Source of the DNA: an uncultured delta proteobacterium
Lineage (GTDB): Bacteria; Desulfobacterota; RBG-13-43-22
DNA: 64,000 nt
Assembly (NCBI GenBank): GCA_963790475.1
Contig: CAWBOS010000012.1
Coordinates: 192,001-256,000, forward strand
Direction of reading: 5' to 3'
In this document: one piece after another, positions 40,789 to 51,726 of the stretch
Layout of the letters: every line of letters begins with the position of its first letter
Numbering within the stretch: position 1 is the first letter of the stretch
Notes under the pieces: model-generated
Seen by the model: the letters and a program-made list of their open reading frames with translations, nothing else
The model's database searches: none
What the model was told of the DNA's origin: nothing
Position numbers and translations under genes: made by a program

Positions 40789-41355
40789 CTATTTCTGGAT
40801 CAGCTTCTTTCCGATCTCCCAGGCCGCGCCTACGTCCGGTCCGAGTCCCAGATACTTCTTGTCGGGCATGATAAGAACAAAGGGATTTACCTTCCGCAGG
40901 TCAGGGGCGCCCTCAGTGAGGCAGCTCTCTTCACAGTAGGCCGCGATGATTTCCCCGATGAAGAGCTCCTCGGCCGGCAGGTCAACGGTCTGCACCAGTT
41001 TGCACTCGACATTAAGGAGGCATTCCTTGATCATAGGCGCCGTTCCCAGCTTGCCGTAGAAGGTTTCAAATACGGCGGCCTTGTCGACCTTCCGGCCTGA
41101 AACCAGGCCGCAGTAATCGGTCTTCTCGACCATGTCCGCTGAAGGAATGTTCACACTGAAAGTCCCATTCGCCTTCAGTCCTGGGTTGGTATAATGGGCC
41201 TTGTTCATGGCCACGGCCAGATAGGCCGGCTTGGGATTTACCATACTGAACCAGGCCACCGTAAGGTAGTTGGCTTTTCCATCCACGTTGGCCCCGACCA
41301 GGGCGCAGGGCATGGGGTAGTAGGCACGGTCGCTGCCTATTTCAATCTTGGCCAT
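40789..41355 (-). CDS. Flavin reductase family protein
   Basis: YPMP..LV, FSVNIP, DYCG.VSGR, APMIKEC..N.EC, LFIGEI. Confidence 0.9.
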   Translation of the reverse strand: MAKIEIGSDRAYYPMPCALVGANVDGKANYLTVAWFSMVNPKPAYLAVAMNKAHYTNPGLKANGTFSVNIPSADMVEKTDYCGLVSGRKVDKAAVFETFYGKLGTAPMIKECLLNVECKLVQTVDLPAEELFIGEIIAAYCEESCLTEGAPDLRKVNPFVLIMPDKKYLGLGPDVGAAWEIGKKLIQK

Positions 41356-41436
41356 AATATCCTCCTTGATAAAGTGAACGCTGATATTAGTCTAACTCCA
41401 ATATTTCTCTCCGCGTTTTGTAAAGTAGGGCTTCTC

Positions 41437-43614
41437 TCATTCTTTCCTGATCCGGCACAACAGCGCCGTGTGAGGCCAACTGCCGATCTCCGGGCTGCAA
41501 TATTCCGATCCGTCCGGGCAAAGCACATTGGCATTCGATTCGAAGACACTGAAAAGAGTCGGAGCCGCCTCTTCCCTTTCCGGAAACCACCATCCGTGTT
41601 CGGCATCAGCCATGCGCCGGTCGATCCTGTCCGAAAGATGCAGACGCAGACGAATGCTTCCCTGGGGGGTTTCAACCCGAACCCAATCCCCTTCAATCAA
41701 ATTCAGGACGGCGGCGGTTTCCGGGTGCAGGGTCACCAGCGGATCAGGCCGTTTTTTTCTGGCTCCCTCAACCTGCCTCTGTTCCGAGTGGTACATGGGC
41801 ATAAACCGGCTTCCGGTAATCAGGACCAGGGGAAAATCCCGGGTCGATGGAGAATCGTTCAAGGGGCTTTGGGCCATCTCGCGGTAGACCGGCAAAGGTT
41901 CACAGCCCAGCGCCTCGAAAGTGCTCGATCGCAGTTCCACTTTACCCGATGGGGTACCGAACCCATATTTTTTGTAGCGCTCAAATTCCGGCTTTCCGAA
42001 GAGACCGTTTTGTTCCAGGAGCCGGTTGAAGGTCAAACCCAGCGGGGACAGTCTATAGTCCCAGACTTCGTCAATGTCTTTCCAGGGCCAGTGTTCGCTC
42101 TGCCCCAGTCTGACGGCTAACCCCCGCCAGAAATCATAGGTATTCCGCCGCTCAAAAAGGGGCTCGATCCCTCTGGGGCAGGCCACACAGAAGCCCCCCG
42201 TCAACCAGAGCTCGGTCGTCTCCACGGTGGAACAGATGGGAAAAACATAATCAGCCAGGGCGGCGGAAGGCGTAAGAAAGAATTCACCGACGACATAAAG
42301 CTCCAGGTTCATCAAGGCATCATAGGTGTGGCGGATATTTGGCAGGGAAAGCATGGGATTGCTGGCTACCGAGATGGCGGCCGTGACCGGATAAGGTTGG
42401 TGGGTAATCATGGCCTCAAAAACCGGTCTGGCGTGAGCCATACAGGTCATGTCGGCATTTGGGGGACGCATATATTCACGGGGGAGGCGTCGGTTGGCCT
42501 GCTCACTTCTCGACCAGCCCGGGAAGCCAAAAAAAGGATATTGATCGGTCCCCAATTGTTTGGCTCGCTGTTCGGCCGGCAGGATCTCGTTTAATTGCAT
42601 TTCCTCGTCGTTGATGATTTTTCCGACCGGATCGTTGCAGCCCAGAGATTCACCCCCCGGAATGTCCAGATTGCCGGTCAGAGCCTTCAAACAGCATCTC
42701 GCCCTGGCCGCCTGAGTGGCATTGAGGCCCTGCTTGTCCAGACCGAAACCCCAGGTAATGACCGCCGGTTTGGTCATCCCATACAAACGGGCTGATTCGA
42801 TGACCTGCTCCGGAGTCAGCCAGGTGATTTCCGCCACCCTTTGAGGCGTGTAGGCGGCAGCGGCGGCTTTAAGATCTTCGAATCCCACCGTCCAGTTGGC
42901 AACGAAGTCCCGGTCATAGAGTCCTTCTTCAATGATGATCCTGATCCAGCCGAGCATCAGAGCCACATCGGTGCCGGGTCTTATCTGCAGCCAGAGATCG
43001 GCTTTTTCCGCCTCGGCAATGCGGCGGGGATCCACGACCATGAGTTTTGCCCCGTTCTTTTGGGCCTGGAGGATCAGGGGATAAAGACCGATCGGATCGG
43101 ATTGGGAGGGGCCATGTCCCCAAAGCACCACCAAGCGGGTATGCCTGAAGTCCCCCCAGGTAAATCCGCCGTAAGTGGCGTATTCAACCGCCTGAGTGGG
43201 GCACATGCAGACATTATTGACCCCGCAGACATTCGGCGATCCGAAAAGATTGAAAAAGCGGCGTTCATCCCAATGATAGGTCCGCTTGGTGCCGTGGGTA
43301 AAGGCCAGGGTCTCCGGGCCGTGTTTTTGGCGAAGAGCCTCCAGTTTTCCGGCCACTTCATCCAGGGCCTGATCCCAATCCAGACGCTGCCATTTCCCCG
43401 ATCCTCTTTCCCCCTGGCGTTTAAGGGGGTAATTGATTCTACCCGGGTGATGAACATGCTCGGGCATCAAATGGCCTCTGGAGCAGATCCGGCCCCTGGT
43501 TACGGGGTGTTCCGGGTCCCCTTTGACCTTGATGATTCGGCCGTCTTCTATTTCCAGAATCAGACCGCACCGAGGATGGCATAATCCGCAATAAGATCTT
43601 CTGATTTCAGTCAT
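41437..43614 (-). CDS. Molybdopterin/tungsten oxidoreductase, acetylene hydratase clade
   Basis: CGLCHPRC...C 4Fe-4S motif, RRFFNLFGSPN, QLGTDQYPF, TPSGKVEL, HGWWFPE; RBS GGAGG before ATG 43614. Confidence 0.88.
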   Translation of the reverse strand: MTEIRRSYCGLCHPRCGLILEIEDGRIIKVKGDPEHPVTRGRICSRGHLMPEHVHHPGRINYPLKRQGERGSGKWQRLDWDQALDEVAGKLEALRQKHGPETLAFTHGTKRTYHWDERRFFNLFGSPNVCGVNNVCMCPTQAVEYATYGGFTWGDFRHTRLVVLWGHGPSQSDPIGLYPLILQAQKNGAKLMVVDPRRIAEAEKADLWLQIRPGTDVALMLGWIRIIIEEGLYDRDFVANWTVGFEDLKAAAAAYTPQRVAEITWLTPEQVIESARLYGMTKPAVITWGFGLDKQGLNATQAARARCCLKALTGNLDIPGGESLGCNDPVGKIINDEEMQLNEILPAEQRAKQLGTDQYPFFGFPGWSRSEQANRRLPREYMRPPNADMTCMAHARPVFEAMITHQPYPVTAAISVASNPMLSLPNIRHTYDALMNLELYVVGEFFLTPSAALADYVFPICSTVETTELWLTGGFCVACPRGIEPLFERRNTYDFWRGLAVRLGQSEHWPWKDIDEVWDYRLSPLGLTFNRLLEQNGLFGKPEFERYKKYGFGTPSGKVELRSSTFEALGCEPLPVYREMAQSPLNDSPSTRDFPLVLITGSRFMPMYHSEQRQVEGARKKRPDPLVTLHPETAAVLNLIEGDWVRVETPQGSIRLRLHLSDRIDRRMADAEHGWWFPEREEAAPTLFSVFESNANVLCPDGSEYCSPEIGSWPHTALLCRIRKE

Positions 43615-43636
43615 GGCAAAACCTCCCCCTCCACTC

Positions 43637-44164
43637 CTATTTCGGCAGGAATCCCACGTCGAGGCCCGCAAAGTTGTGCTCGATGCCCATCTCGTCCAAG
43701 ATCTGTGATATCTGCCCGCGATGATGGATGCTGTGCGTGATGCTCGTGCTCAAGAGGTAATGGACGGGCACCGCGTCGGGCTTCCCGCCGAACCAGGATA
43801 CCTTGACCGGAGTGACGAAATCGCTCTCGGCGAGACCGGCGATGAAATCGACGGTGGCCTGATCGGCGACTGTGGCGACCTTCTTAAGCTCGGACCATTG
43901 GTCCGCGCTAAGGGAATCACCCTTGGGCGCCTTGAGGCCCTCGGTAGCTTTAAGCGCCGAGGACGCCGCGGGGACGGCCGTGCGTAAAAGACCGTGGAAA
44001 AAGGGGGTTACGCCCAAGGCATGGCAGGCGAGACCGGAGAGACTCTTGTAGTAGCTTTTCCTATTCTCGTTGCGAGCTTCCTCCGACAGGCCGTCCAGCA
44101 AGGCGATGACCGAAGCGTTAGCCCTTTGGGTGTACTTTGCATACATGAGCAGTAGATCTTTCAT
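43637..44164 (-). CDS. DinB/YfiT family protein
   Basis: Y...AN, SL....H, H..HHRGQIS..L. Confidence 0.88.
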   Translation of the reverse strand: MKDLLLMYAKYTQRANASVIALLDGLSEEARNENRKSYYKSLSGLACHALGVTPFFHGLLRTAVPAASSALKATEGLKAPKGDSLSADQWSELKKVATVADQATVDFIAGLAESDFVTPVKVSWFGGKPDAVPVHYLLSTSITHSIHHRGQISQILDEMGIEHNFAGLDVGFLPK

Positions 44165-44321
44165 ACAATACCTCCTAAGTAGAATTTATATTTTTATTAA
44201 TTTTAACTCAAAAATATTCCTCTAACAAATGTAATTTACGAAAACAGGTCGTCCCCTATTTCCTATACCATCCCCGGATTTCCCTTTGCGCTATCTAACA
44301 AAAAAGGATCATCTGCCGGAA

Positions 44322-45872
44322 TTATGGCCGAAAGGTGAAAGTATGGGTGCCGGGCTTAGTCGCCTTTCTGGCCAGACTTGCCCAACGACAGAGTATCGGC
44401 CGCGTTTCCCGCGGATCGATTATCTCTTCGATCTCAAAGAACTCCGCGGATCTGAACGGGGATCGGACCCGGTTAAGACGATCTCTGATCTTGGCCAGGT
44501 GGGCATCATAGTCATCGCTTTTGGCAAGTTCCGCCTTATAGGCCACTTCGATCCCGCCTTCGATCGGCAAAGAGCCCCAGTCACCGGACGGCCAGGCGTA
44601 GCGAAAATGATGACTGCCGGGTTTGTGATTGGCCCCGCCGGCCACTCCAAAGGCCTTGCGGATTACAACGCAGCAGAAAGGAACCGACGATTGCCCCAGA
44701 GCCGCCAGCGCCTGGGAGCCGAAACGAATAGTTCCAGCATGCTCCGCCTCTTTGCCGATTAAGAACCCGGGGCAGTCCTCCAGGTGTATCAGAGGCAAAT
44801 GGAAGGTGGAGGCCAGATCGATAAAACGGGACAATTTTCGGCAGGAATCCGCCGTCCAGGCGCCACCGTAAAAGAACGGGTCCTCAGCAAAAATCGCCAC
44901 CGGAATGCCGCCCAAACGTGCAAAACCACAGATCACCGAGCAGCCCCATTTTGCGCCGATCTCGAAAAAGGACCCTTGATCGGCGACCGATTCAATTATG
45001 GCGCGCATCTTGTAAACCTTACGAGGATTTTTAGGAACAATGCTCAACAGCAGTTCATCTCGTCTTTCCGTGCTGTCTTTTAAATCGCTTAAAGGCGGCA
45101 GTTCATCTACGTTGCTCGGGAGATAGGAAAGAAACCGGCGAACCTTTTGGAAGGCCTCTGACTCGGTATTCGCCTCATCATCGATAGCGCCATTCCGGGT
45201 ATGGATCCGGGCGTCCCCCAACTCTTCTTTGGATACAGTTCCGAGGTTGGCCCAATCCACCAGGGCCGGACCGGCAATCATCATCTGGGCGGTATTTCTG
45301 ACGATAATGGAATAATGGCTGGTGGCAACCCGTGCGGCGCCGATTCCGGCAACCGACCCGAGAGCCAGGGATATGGACGGCGCCACCCCCAGATGGTTAA
45401 CCACGACTTCCCAGCTTCGCAATTCGGGTATGTAGGTGCGACCGGCCATCTCGATGGTCTTCACGGACCCACCCCCTCCCATTCCGTCCACGAGTCTTAT
45501 GTGAGGCAGCCGGAGTTCATAGGCGATCCCTTCGGCCTGGACGCGTTTGGCCGGTATGGAGGCATCGGCGGAACCCCCGCGGACGGTGAAATCATCGCCG
45601 GAAACTACGACCGGCCGGCCATCGATGTCAGCGGTCCCAAAAACAAAATTCGAAGGCATAAACGCCTTCAGCTCGCCGTTCTCGTTGTATTGTCCGCGCC
45701 CGGCCAGTTCGCCGATTTCGTGGAAGGTATTCTGATCTACAACGGCATCAAGGCGTTCCCGTATGGTCAGCTTACCGAATTTGTGCTGACGGGCCACCTT
45801 CTCTTCTCCGCCCATCTGATGGGCTAAAGCGGAACGGGCGTGGAGCTCATCTATTTCTCGATCCCAGCTCAT
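44322..45872 (-). CDS. Acyl-CoA carboxylase carboxyltransferase subunit
   Basis: MGG..KV.RQH..GKLT.RER, DDFTV.GGS, DCPGFLIG, IIDPRETR. Confidence 0.92.
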   Translation of the reverse strand: MSWDREIDELHARSALAHQMGGEEKVARQHKFGKLTIRERLDAVVDQNTFHEIGELAGRGQYNENGELKAFMPSNFVFGTADIDGRPVVVSGDDFTVRGGSADASIPAKRVQAEGIAYELRLPHIRLVDGMGGGGSVKTIEMAGRTYIPELRSWEVVVNHLGVAPSISLALGSVAGIGAARVATSHYSIIVRNTAQMMIAGPALVDWANLGTVSKEELGDARIHTRNGAIDDEANTESEAFQKVRRFLSYLPSNVDELPPLSDLKDSTERRDELLLSIVPKNPRKVYKMRAIIESVADQGSFFEIGAKWGCSVICGFARLGGIPVAIFAEDPFFYGGAWTADSCRKLSRFIDLASTFHLPLIHLEDCPGFLIGKEAEHAGTIRFGSQALAALGQSSVPFCCVVIRKAFGVAGGANHKPGSHHFRYAWPSGDWGSLPIEGGIEVAYKAELAKSDDYDAHLAKIRDRLNRVRSPFRSAEFFEIEEIIDPRETRPILCRWASLARKATKPGTHTFTFRP

Positions 45873-46173
45873 ATTACTCGAATCCTTTCTTCATAAAGGC
45901 CCCTTCCAGCGGACCAGGTTGTTCCGGGGGCGATAATAAATTTTCAACAGACATTGCCTTTCAACGATTTAAGACCCTAGTTTTTTCATTGAATAATTTA
46001 TTATGGGCTTTTTTGTTCGCCCCACGCCGCGGCTCACTCCCACCCCTTCGGGGTGGTGCCTAGTTTCAGCAACCCGTTATGTTCTCTTTTGATGAGAAGA
46101 GTATAATGGGAGAAAGGGATCGGGGCAAGAGGAAAACAAGGGGCGAAGGCCAGGGAGGAGATGGGGATCCTTA

Positions 46174-46335
46174 TTAAAATTCCATTTCCTTTACATCGCT
46201 GGCGATGATGAGGGAAGCCTCGGTCTGGTTTATTATTTCCTCCGGGGTCCATCCGGGCGCGAATTCCCGGAGAAGCAATCCGCTTTCAGTTACTTTAATG
46301 ACGGCGATATCCGTTACGATGAGATCGACACAAGC
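46174..46335 (-). pseudogene. 3-oxoacid CoA-transferase subunit B, C-terminal remnant
   Basis: CVDLIVTDIAVIKVTESGLLLREFAPGWTPEEIINQTEASLII..DVKEM. Confidence 0.7.
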
Positions 46336-46339
46336 CCTA

Positions 46340-46795
46340 GCTGGTAGTCAAAAGGGGCCTCGTTTAATTCCGTCTGTTTCAGGAGGTAGTCCAGAGGAAG
46401 CTCGATCAGGGTTCCACTTCGAAGGAACTCAATTTAAAAGAATAAGGATAGGGGATGATCCCCACGTAGGGGCAGATACGGAAATTGGAGAGAGTGACCA
46501 TGTGGTCCAGTTCTCCCATAACCTCGACGGCATCCATTTCGATCCCGATTTCTTCCTCGGTCTCCCGTAAAGCCGTTGTCAAACAATCCAGGTCCTCAAA
46601 ATTAAAGGCCTCGCCCGGAAAGCAGATCTGTCCCTTGTGATGTTCCACCCTGTCCGTCCGCTTGGTTAAAAGGATATGGGTTTCCCGGTTTTTTTGAAAT
46701 AGGGGAATTAAAACAGCCGAAGGTGCCAGGTCCGGACGGTCGGTTATCCGTTTGCATTTTTTGTTCAGGCATCGTTTAAGTTTTTCTTTTTCCAT
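46340..46795 (-). pseudogene. CoA pyrophosphatase (Nudix, NudL-like), frameshifted/truncated
   Basis: SAVLIPL, LLTKR....EHHKGQICFPG, ALRETEEEIG; C-terminal IWG.TA region absent. Confidence 0.8.
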
Positions 46796-46805
46796 CTTTT
46801 CCGGT

Positions 46806-47570
46806 CTAAGGGGTTCCGTATTCGTGAAGATATTCATCAAACACTTTTTTGAGGGACGCGGAGATCGGCTGCCATTCGCCTTCCACCTGAACCGGGATTT
46901 GCCCGGCAAAGAGATATTCGACCACCTCGGAAATCGGGGCTATCGAATAAACCGCCACCCCGGTTGTGTCGGTGAATTTTTTCAAGGCGTCCTCCCCCTT
47001 TTTCCCCGGAATGACCTTCCCCTCCGAATCATAGCAGGCCGTGGTCTGTTGACGGTCTATGCCCAGACATAAACCCACCACCCGAACCGAGATCTTTTTC
47101 TGCTCTCGTTCCCGATCGATTTTCTGCAGGAGGTCATATTTGGTGGCCATGGAGGTGCCCACATCATCAACGATCCATATCCCGCAGTCATCGAAGAAGG
47201 TGTTGTTGACCATCAGGTTCTTTTGTCCGGAGGCTTCGCCGTAATCTTTCAGCTCTTTTCGGTCGTATTCAAAAAGAATTTCTTTCCGCTGCTCGGTCCA
47301 GAAGTTTATGGCCATGGCCTGGGCAATGGCGCTGCCTTTATAGGAAGGCCCTAAAAGGATATCCACTTCCGGTAACCGGTTCAATTCCAGGAGGCGGCGG
47401 ACAAAAAAAGAACCAAGAGAAAAGCTCAATTTGCCGGTACACAGACGCCCCATATTGACAAAATAAGGACTGGGGCGGCCGTCCTTCAAGATCAGTCCCT
47501 TTCTGAAAAAAAGACAGCCCGTTTCAGCTAAAAAACGGGTGAATTCCTGTTGATAGGGTTTAAGAGGCAT
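46806..47570 (-). CDS. pyrE: Orotate phosphoribosyltransferase-like protein
   Basis: LKDGRPSPYFVN.G, GPSYKG, DRKE.KDYGE, IVDDV.TS. Confidence 0.8.
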   Translation of the reverse strand: MPLKPYQQEFTRFLAETGCLFFRKGLILKDGRPSPYFVNMGRLCTGKLSFSLGSFFVRRLLELNRLPEVDILLGPSYKGSAIAQAMAINFWTEQRKEILFEYDRKELKDYGEASGQKNLMVNNTFFDDCGIWIVDDVGTSMATKYDLLQKIDREREQKKISVRVVGLCLGIDRQQTTACYDSEGKVIPGKKGEDALKKFTDTTGVAVYSIAPISEVVEYLFAGQIPVQVEGEWQPISASLKKVFDEYLHEYGTP

Positions 47571-47572
47571 TA

Positions 47573-48586
47573 TTAGAACCTCCCGGTTATCTGGAGAAAA
47601 AGGCCGATCTGCAGGGCCTTGGCTTCATCTAATGACACCCTGGCCACAGTATTATTAGAAAAAAAAGTGGTATCCGCACCGTCTTGGGCATAGAAATAAG
47701 ACACTCGCCCCCCCCCTTCGATTTCCAGGAATTTCAGGGGTTGGTAAACCAGGGAAATGGCCCCGTCCATTCCTAAAATCCCGAAGTTGTCGGCTTCATG
47801 GGAAAAACTGGGATCTTTTCTTAAATCATCCCGCAGGTTCCATACCCCGTCCCCTTTGTAATGCATAAAAGGAAAAAAGGCCAGGTGGGTTTTTAATCTT
47901 AAAGGATTTATCCCCGACTGGAGGGTATTTGCTAAGGCCACTTCACTCTTGATCCCCAATCGCAACGCGTCCCAGTTAAAGTCATAGCGGGAATCCAGAC
48001 CGGTAATAGGGGTGTTAGTATCCTGACCAGATAAAATGGTCCAAAGGCCATTGGTCATAGTGATATTTTCTTCATAATGCTGCCACCCTATGAAAGGTTT
48101 AAACACCCTGCGGGGGTGAGAGGTGAAAGAAAATGTGGTCTGGATATCAGCGGTCCAGAAGGTCGCGTCTTCGCTGGCATCGAATCGGGACCGTTGAAAC
48201 AATCCACTGGACAGGAAATCGGAATCCGTACCATCTCCCTTCAAGCCTTGGCCTTTTCCATATTGGATACATAAAGAAACATAAGAGTCGGGATGGTTGA
48301 TATCCAGAACCACGAATGGGATACCTCCGCTTATCCCCTTAAATTCCAAGGTCGATCGGCTTCGTCCGTTTTGATCCGGAAAGCTGATTTCCCAGGAGCT
48401 GGTACTACTGGAATAAAGATATCCAAGACCGATATCGACTATGTTCGACGGCTGGCCCCAGATTAAGGACCACCTTTTCGCAGGTATTGAGGGGGAAAGA
48501 GCCTCTTCTGCAGCTTCAACAGAAAAAAAGGCCGCTTGGAGAAACAGTAAGGCCAATATCACGGGGATGAGAACCAATTTTTTCAT
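47573..48586 (-). CDS. Outer-membrane beta-barrel protein (omptin-like)
   Basis: Signal peptide, S.LEF, G.DSD, G.WNLR.D....SF.H.A, C-terminal Phe. Confidence 0.7.
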   Translation of the reverse strand: MKKLVLIPVILALLFLQAAFFSVEAAEEALSPSIPAKRWSLIWGQPSNIVDIGLGYLYSSSTSSWEISFPDQNGRSRSTLEFKGISGGIPFVVLDINHPDSYVSLCIQYGKGQGLKGDGTDSDFLSSGLFQRSRFDASEDATFWTADIQTTFSFTSHPRRVFKPFIGWQHYEENITMTNGLWTILSGQDTNTPITGLDSRYDFNWDALRLGIKSEVALANTLQSGINPLRLKTHLAFFPFMHYKGDGVWNLRDDLRKDPSFSHEADNFGILGMDGAISLVYQPLKFLEIEGGGRVSYFYAQDGADTTFFSNNTVARVSLDEAKALQIGLFLQITGRF

Positions 48587-48801
48587 TATATAACAATACC
48601 TGCGCTTGACTTTTAAGCCCTTTCTTCTATAGTTATTTCAAATTACCAAACATCTGAAGATATTTTTTTAATGCCCCTCAACCTCCTTTTACCGAAGGGA
48701 GCCTTTGGGAAGCTCCCCCCTTAGTAAAGGGAAGCGGGCCGAATTGGCCTTCATCCCGGTGACCAACCGGGGATTAACTTGCTAAATCAGGATTTTTTCT
48801 C

Positions 48802-49969
48802 ATGTCCCTTGGAATCGATTCTTTTTTATCATATCCCCCGGCTGATTTGCAGAATAAACGTTGGGGCCTGCTGTCCAACCTGGCCTCGGTGAATGTAACT
48901 GGATACCATAGCAAAGATCTCCTCCGGGGTAAATTCAAAAATAACCTGAAAGCCCTGTTTTCTCCCCAGCATGGATTCTGGGGCACGGAACAGGACAACA
49001 TGATTGAAACCCCGGATGCTCCGGATCCGGCAACGGGTTTACCTGTTTACAGCCTTTATAGCCACACCCGGAGGCCCACCGACCGGATGATGGAAGGCAT
49101 TGATGTTCTCCTGATAGACCTGCAGGATATTGGGACTCGGGTCTATACTTTTATCACCACCCTGGCCTATTGCCTTGAGGAAGCCCGAAGACTGGGGAAG
49201 GAGATTATTGTTCTGGATCGGCCCAACCCGATTGGAGGAACCGCGGTGGAAGGGAATATCCTTAATCAGGCCATGATTTCCTTTGTCGGGGTCCATCCCC
49301 TGCCCATGCGCCATGGCCTGACCATGGGAGAATTAGCCCGATTGTTTAATCAGGAAATGGGCATCCAGGCCGAGCTCCGGGTGATCCCCATGAAGGAGTG
49401 GGATCGGTCCCGATATTTTGATCAAACCGATTATCCCTGGATCATGCCTTCTCCCAACATGCCGGGTCTATCTACGGCCCTGGTTTATCCCGGTCAGGTA
49501 ATCTGGGAAGGGACCAATGTCTCCGAGGGCCGGGGCACCACACGTCCTTTTGAAGTTTTTCGGGGCCCCGTTTATCGATCCTCAGGAGGTCAAAGACTAT
49601 CTTAAAGATATTTTTTTACCGGGGGTCCGGTTGATTGAGACCACCTTTCGCCCGACCTTTCAAAAATGGCAGGGGCAGGAATGCCGGGGATTTTTCTTGT
49701 GGGTGTTTGATCGGCAGGCTTTTAAACCCTATTTTACTTCCCTGACCTTGCTCCAGGCTGTAAAAACTCTTTATAAGGATGCCTTTCAATGGAAAGCCCC
49801 TCCTTATGAATATGAAACCAGGCGATCGCCTATTGATTTATTGATTGGCGATCAGGAAATTCGACAAGCCCTGGAAAGCGGCCATTCCATCCCCGAACTG
49901 GAGGCCTCCTGGATGGCCGGACTGAACAACTTTCTGCAACTTCGCCAGAAATATCTGCTTTACTCCTGA
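48802..49969 (+). CDS. namZ: Exo-beta-N-acetylmuramidase NamZ (DUF1343), frameshift near 49555
   Basis: LFSPQHG, YSLY, DLQDIGTRVYTF, DRPNP, RHGLTMGELA, PSPNMP, EGTNVSEGRGTT.PFE. Confidence 0.9.
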
Positions 49970-50259
49970 GTTCAAATCCGTAATCTTCCATTTTGACAAA
50001 GCTGGCTGAGGAGTGGACCCTGCGGACCCTGAATACGAGGTGAAGTTCTCAAGCAGTAAGGGGCTGCCTTTTCTTTTCCAATGAATCTCCTTCTTTCGGC
50101 AAAGTCCAGACCCAGATGGTCCAATTTTCTTCAAATGGCTCCCCCCGTTTTTGCCCCACCCTTTTTTACCTTCTTTATTTTATTTTTTTCTTGTTTTATA
50201 TTATTCCCATAGAAAAACCTATCAACTTTTAATCTAAAAATCATGGAAATAGTAATTAT

Positions 50260-51150
50260 ATGAAAATACTACTTGCTACAGACGGCTCAGAATATTCTGG
50301 CAGAGCAGCTAAGTTCCTGACTAACCTTAATTTGTCTTCACATGACGAAATTACCGTACTCCATGTCATAACTGATGTCCCGTTTAGGGATAAAGGGGCG
50401 TCTTACCACGCCAGTCTCAAGCAAATAAAACAAGAAATTGGCGAAAAGATTATTGGAACAACTACAAATATTCTCAGACCGCTCAATACAAAAATTAACT
50501 CTTTGTTGGCAGATGGTTATCCAGGCAAAAGGATTATTGATACGGCAGAAGATCTGAATATGAACATGATTGTCATGGGACCTAAGGGAATAAAAGGCAT
50601 TAAAAGGATTCTTATAGGAAGTGTGACGAGATTTGTAGCTATTAATTCTTCAAAACCGGTACTTATTGTAAAATCTCCTCAGGGAGAACTATCTGGTAAC
50701 TTAAAAGTTCTTTTTGCAACTGACGGTTCCGGTCATGCTACCGAGACAGGAAGGTTCTTAAATTCGATACCTTTTCCTAATGATGCAGAAATAACTGTTT
50801 TGCACGTAATACAATCTGGGTTGGATATACCAGAAAAGTCTAATATAAAAATAGATGAAAGAATGAAAAAGATTCTGACTGAGGTCAAGTCGTTGGCATT
50901 GAAAGAATCGGAAAAGATTATAGAGCAGGCGTGTAAATTTATAGGTGATAAATTTACAAAGGTAAACAGCTTAACAAAAGATGGAGATCCCTCTTTAGAG
51001 ATACTAAATACGGCAACGATGCTAAAAACAGACATAATTGTGGTTGGTGGTAAAGGTATGAGAGGAATAAAAGGAATGCTGGGAAGTGTATCCAGATACA
51101 TTCTTGGCCATTCGGGATGCTCTGTTTTAATAGGAAAGTCAGGCAAGTAG
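50260..51150 (+). CDS. Tandem-domain universal stress protein
   Basis: Two ATDGS...IV.G..G......GSV domains. Confidence 0.92.
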   Translation: MKILLATDGSEYSGRAAKFLTNLNLSSHDEITVLHVITDVPFRDKGASYHASLKQIKQEIGEKIIGTTTNILRPLNTKINSLLADGYPGKRIIDTAEDLNMNMIVMGPKGIKGIKRILIGSVTRFVAINSSKPVLIVKSPQGELSGNLKVLFATDGSGHATETGRFLNSIPFPNDAEITVLHVIQSGLDIPEKSNIKIDERMKKILTEVKSLALKESEKIIEQACKFIGDKFTKVNSLTKDGDPSLEILNTATMLKTDIIVVGGKGMRGIKGMLGSVSRYILGHSGCSVLIGKSGK

Positions 51151-51726
51151 CAATTTTGGGTTCTTTAGGTGGAATTACTGGAGGCTCTTTTCAGCGCCCT
51201 TTGCCAAGCAACTTCTCCAGTTGTAGCAGTTCACCGTCTCGGGTTGGAATTCTCCCCACCAAAGAGCACAACTATTTGCGTCCAGTGGAATCCCAACTAC
51301 TAGTACTTCAGCACAAGCACATAGACGCAGGTCTGAAACCAGTTCCGGAGGCAGGCGATCCCCGATACTCCGAGATGCTTTCCTCACTTCTTCAATTTTT
51401 TGAAGACTGATTGAAGGATTTGCAGTCATCCAAATATAGGGTCGTACTCCAGGCCGGCGCAACATTTTCGACAAAGCATTGATGTTGTCAGACTCCTGAG
51501 CAACTCCTGGTAAACATAATCCCCTCGCCACATTTTGCAGAATGACATTCCGCATAAAGATTCCGCAAGCAGTATAGAAGAAATGCCAGCTTCACGCTCT
51601 AGGCCGGGTAGTTCAACCATCTCTCTCTCATATTTTTATTAGTATTCCTCAATTTTAGTCCAGCTTCCAAGCAAGAGCAGGATGTGAAATATCCTATCCA
51701 ATGGAATATCAGTTCATGGATTTTAT

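Noticed and set aside
44219-44300. attC-like start CTCTAACAAAT
   Set aside because: No matching GTTRRRY end or paired stem.
41194-45827. Long + strand ORFs (41194-42120, 42841-43584, 45201-45827)
   Set aside because: Antisense shadows of well-supported minus-strand genes.
51175-51620. Minus-strand ORFs of 126 and 64 aa
   Set aside because: No recognisable motif; may be a remnant, but it cannot be supported.
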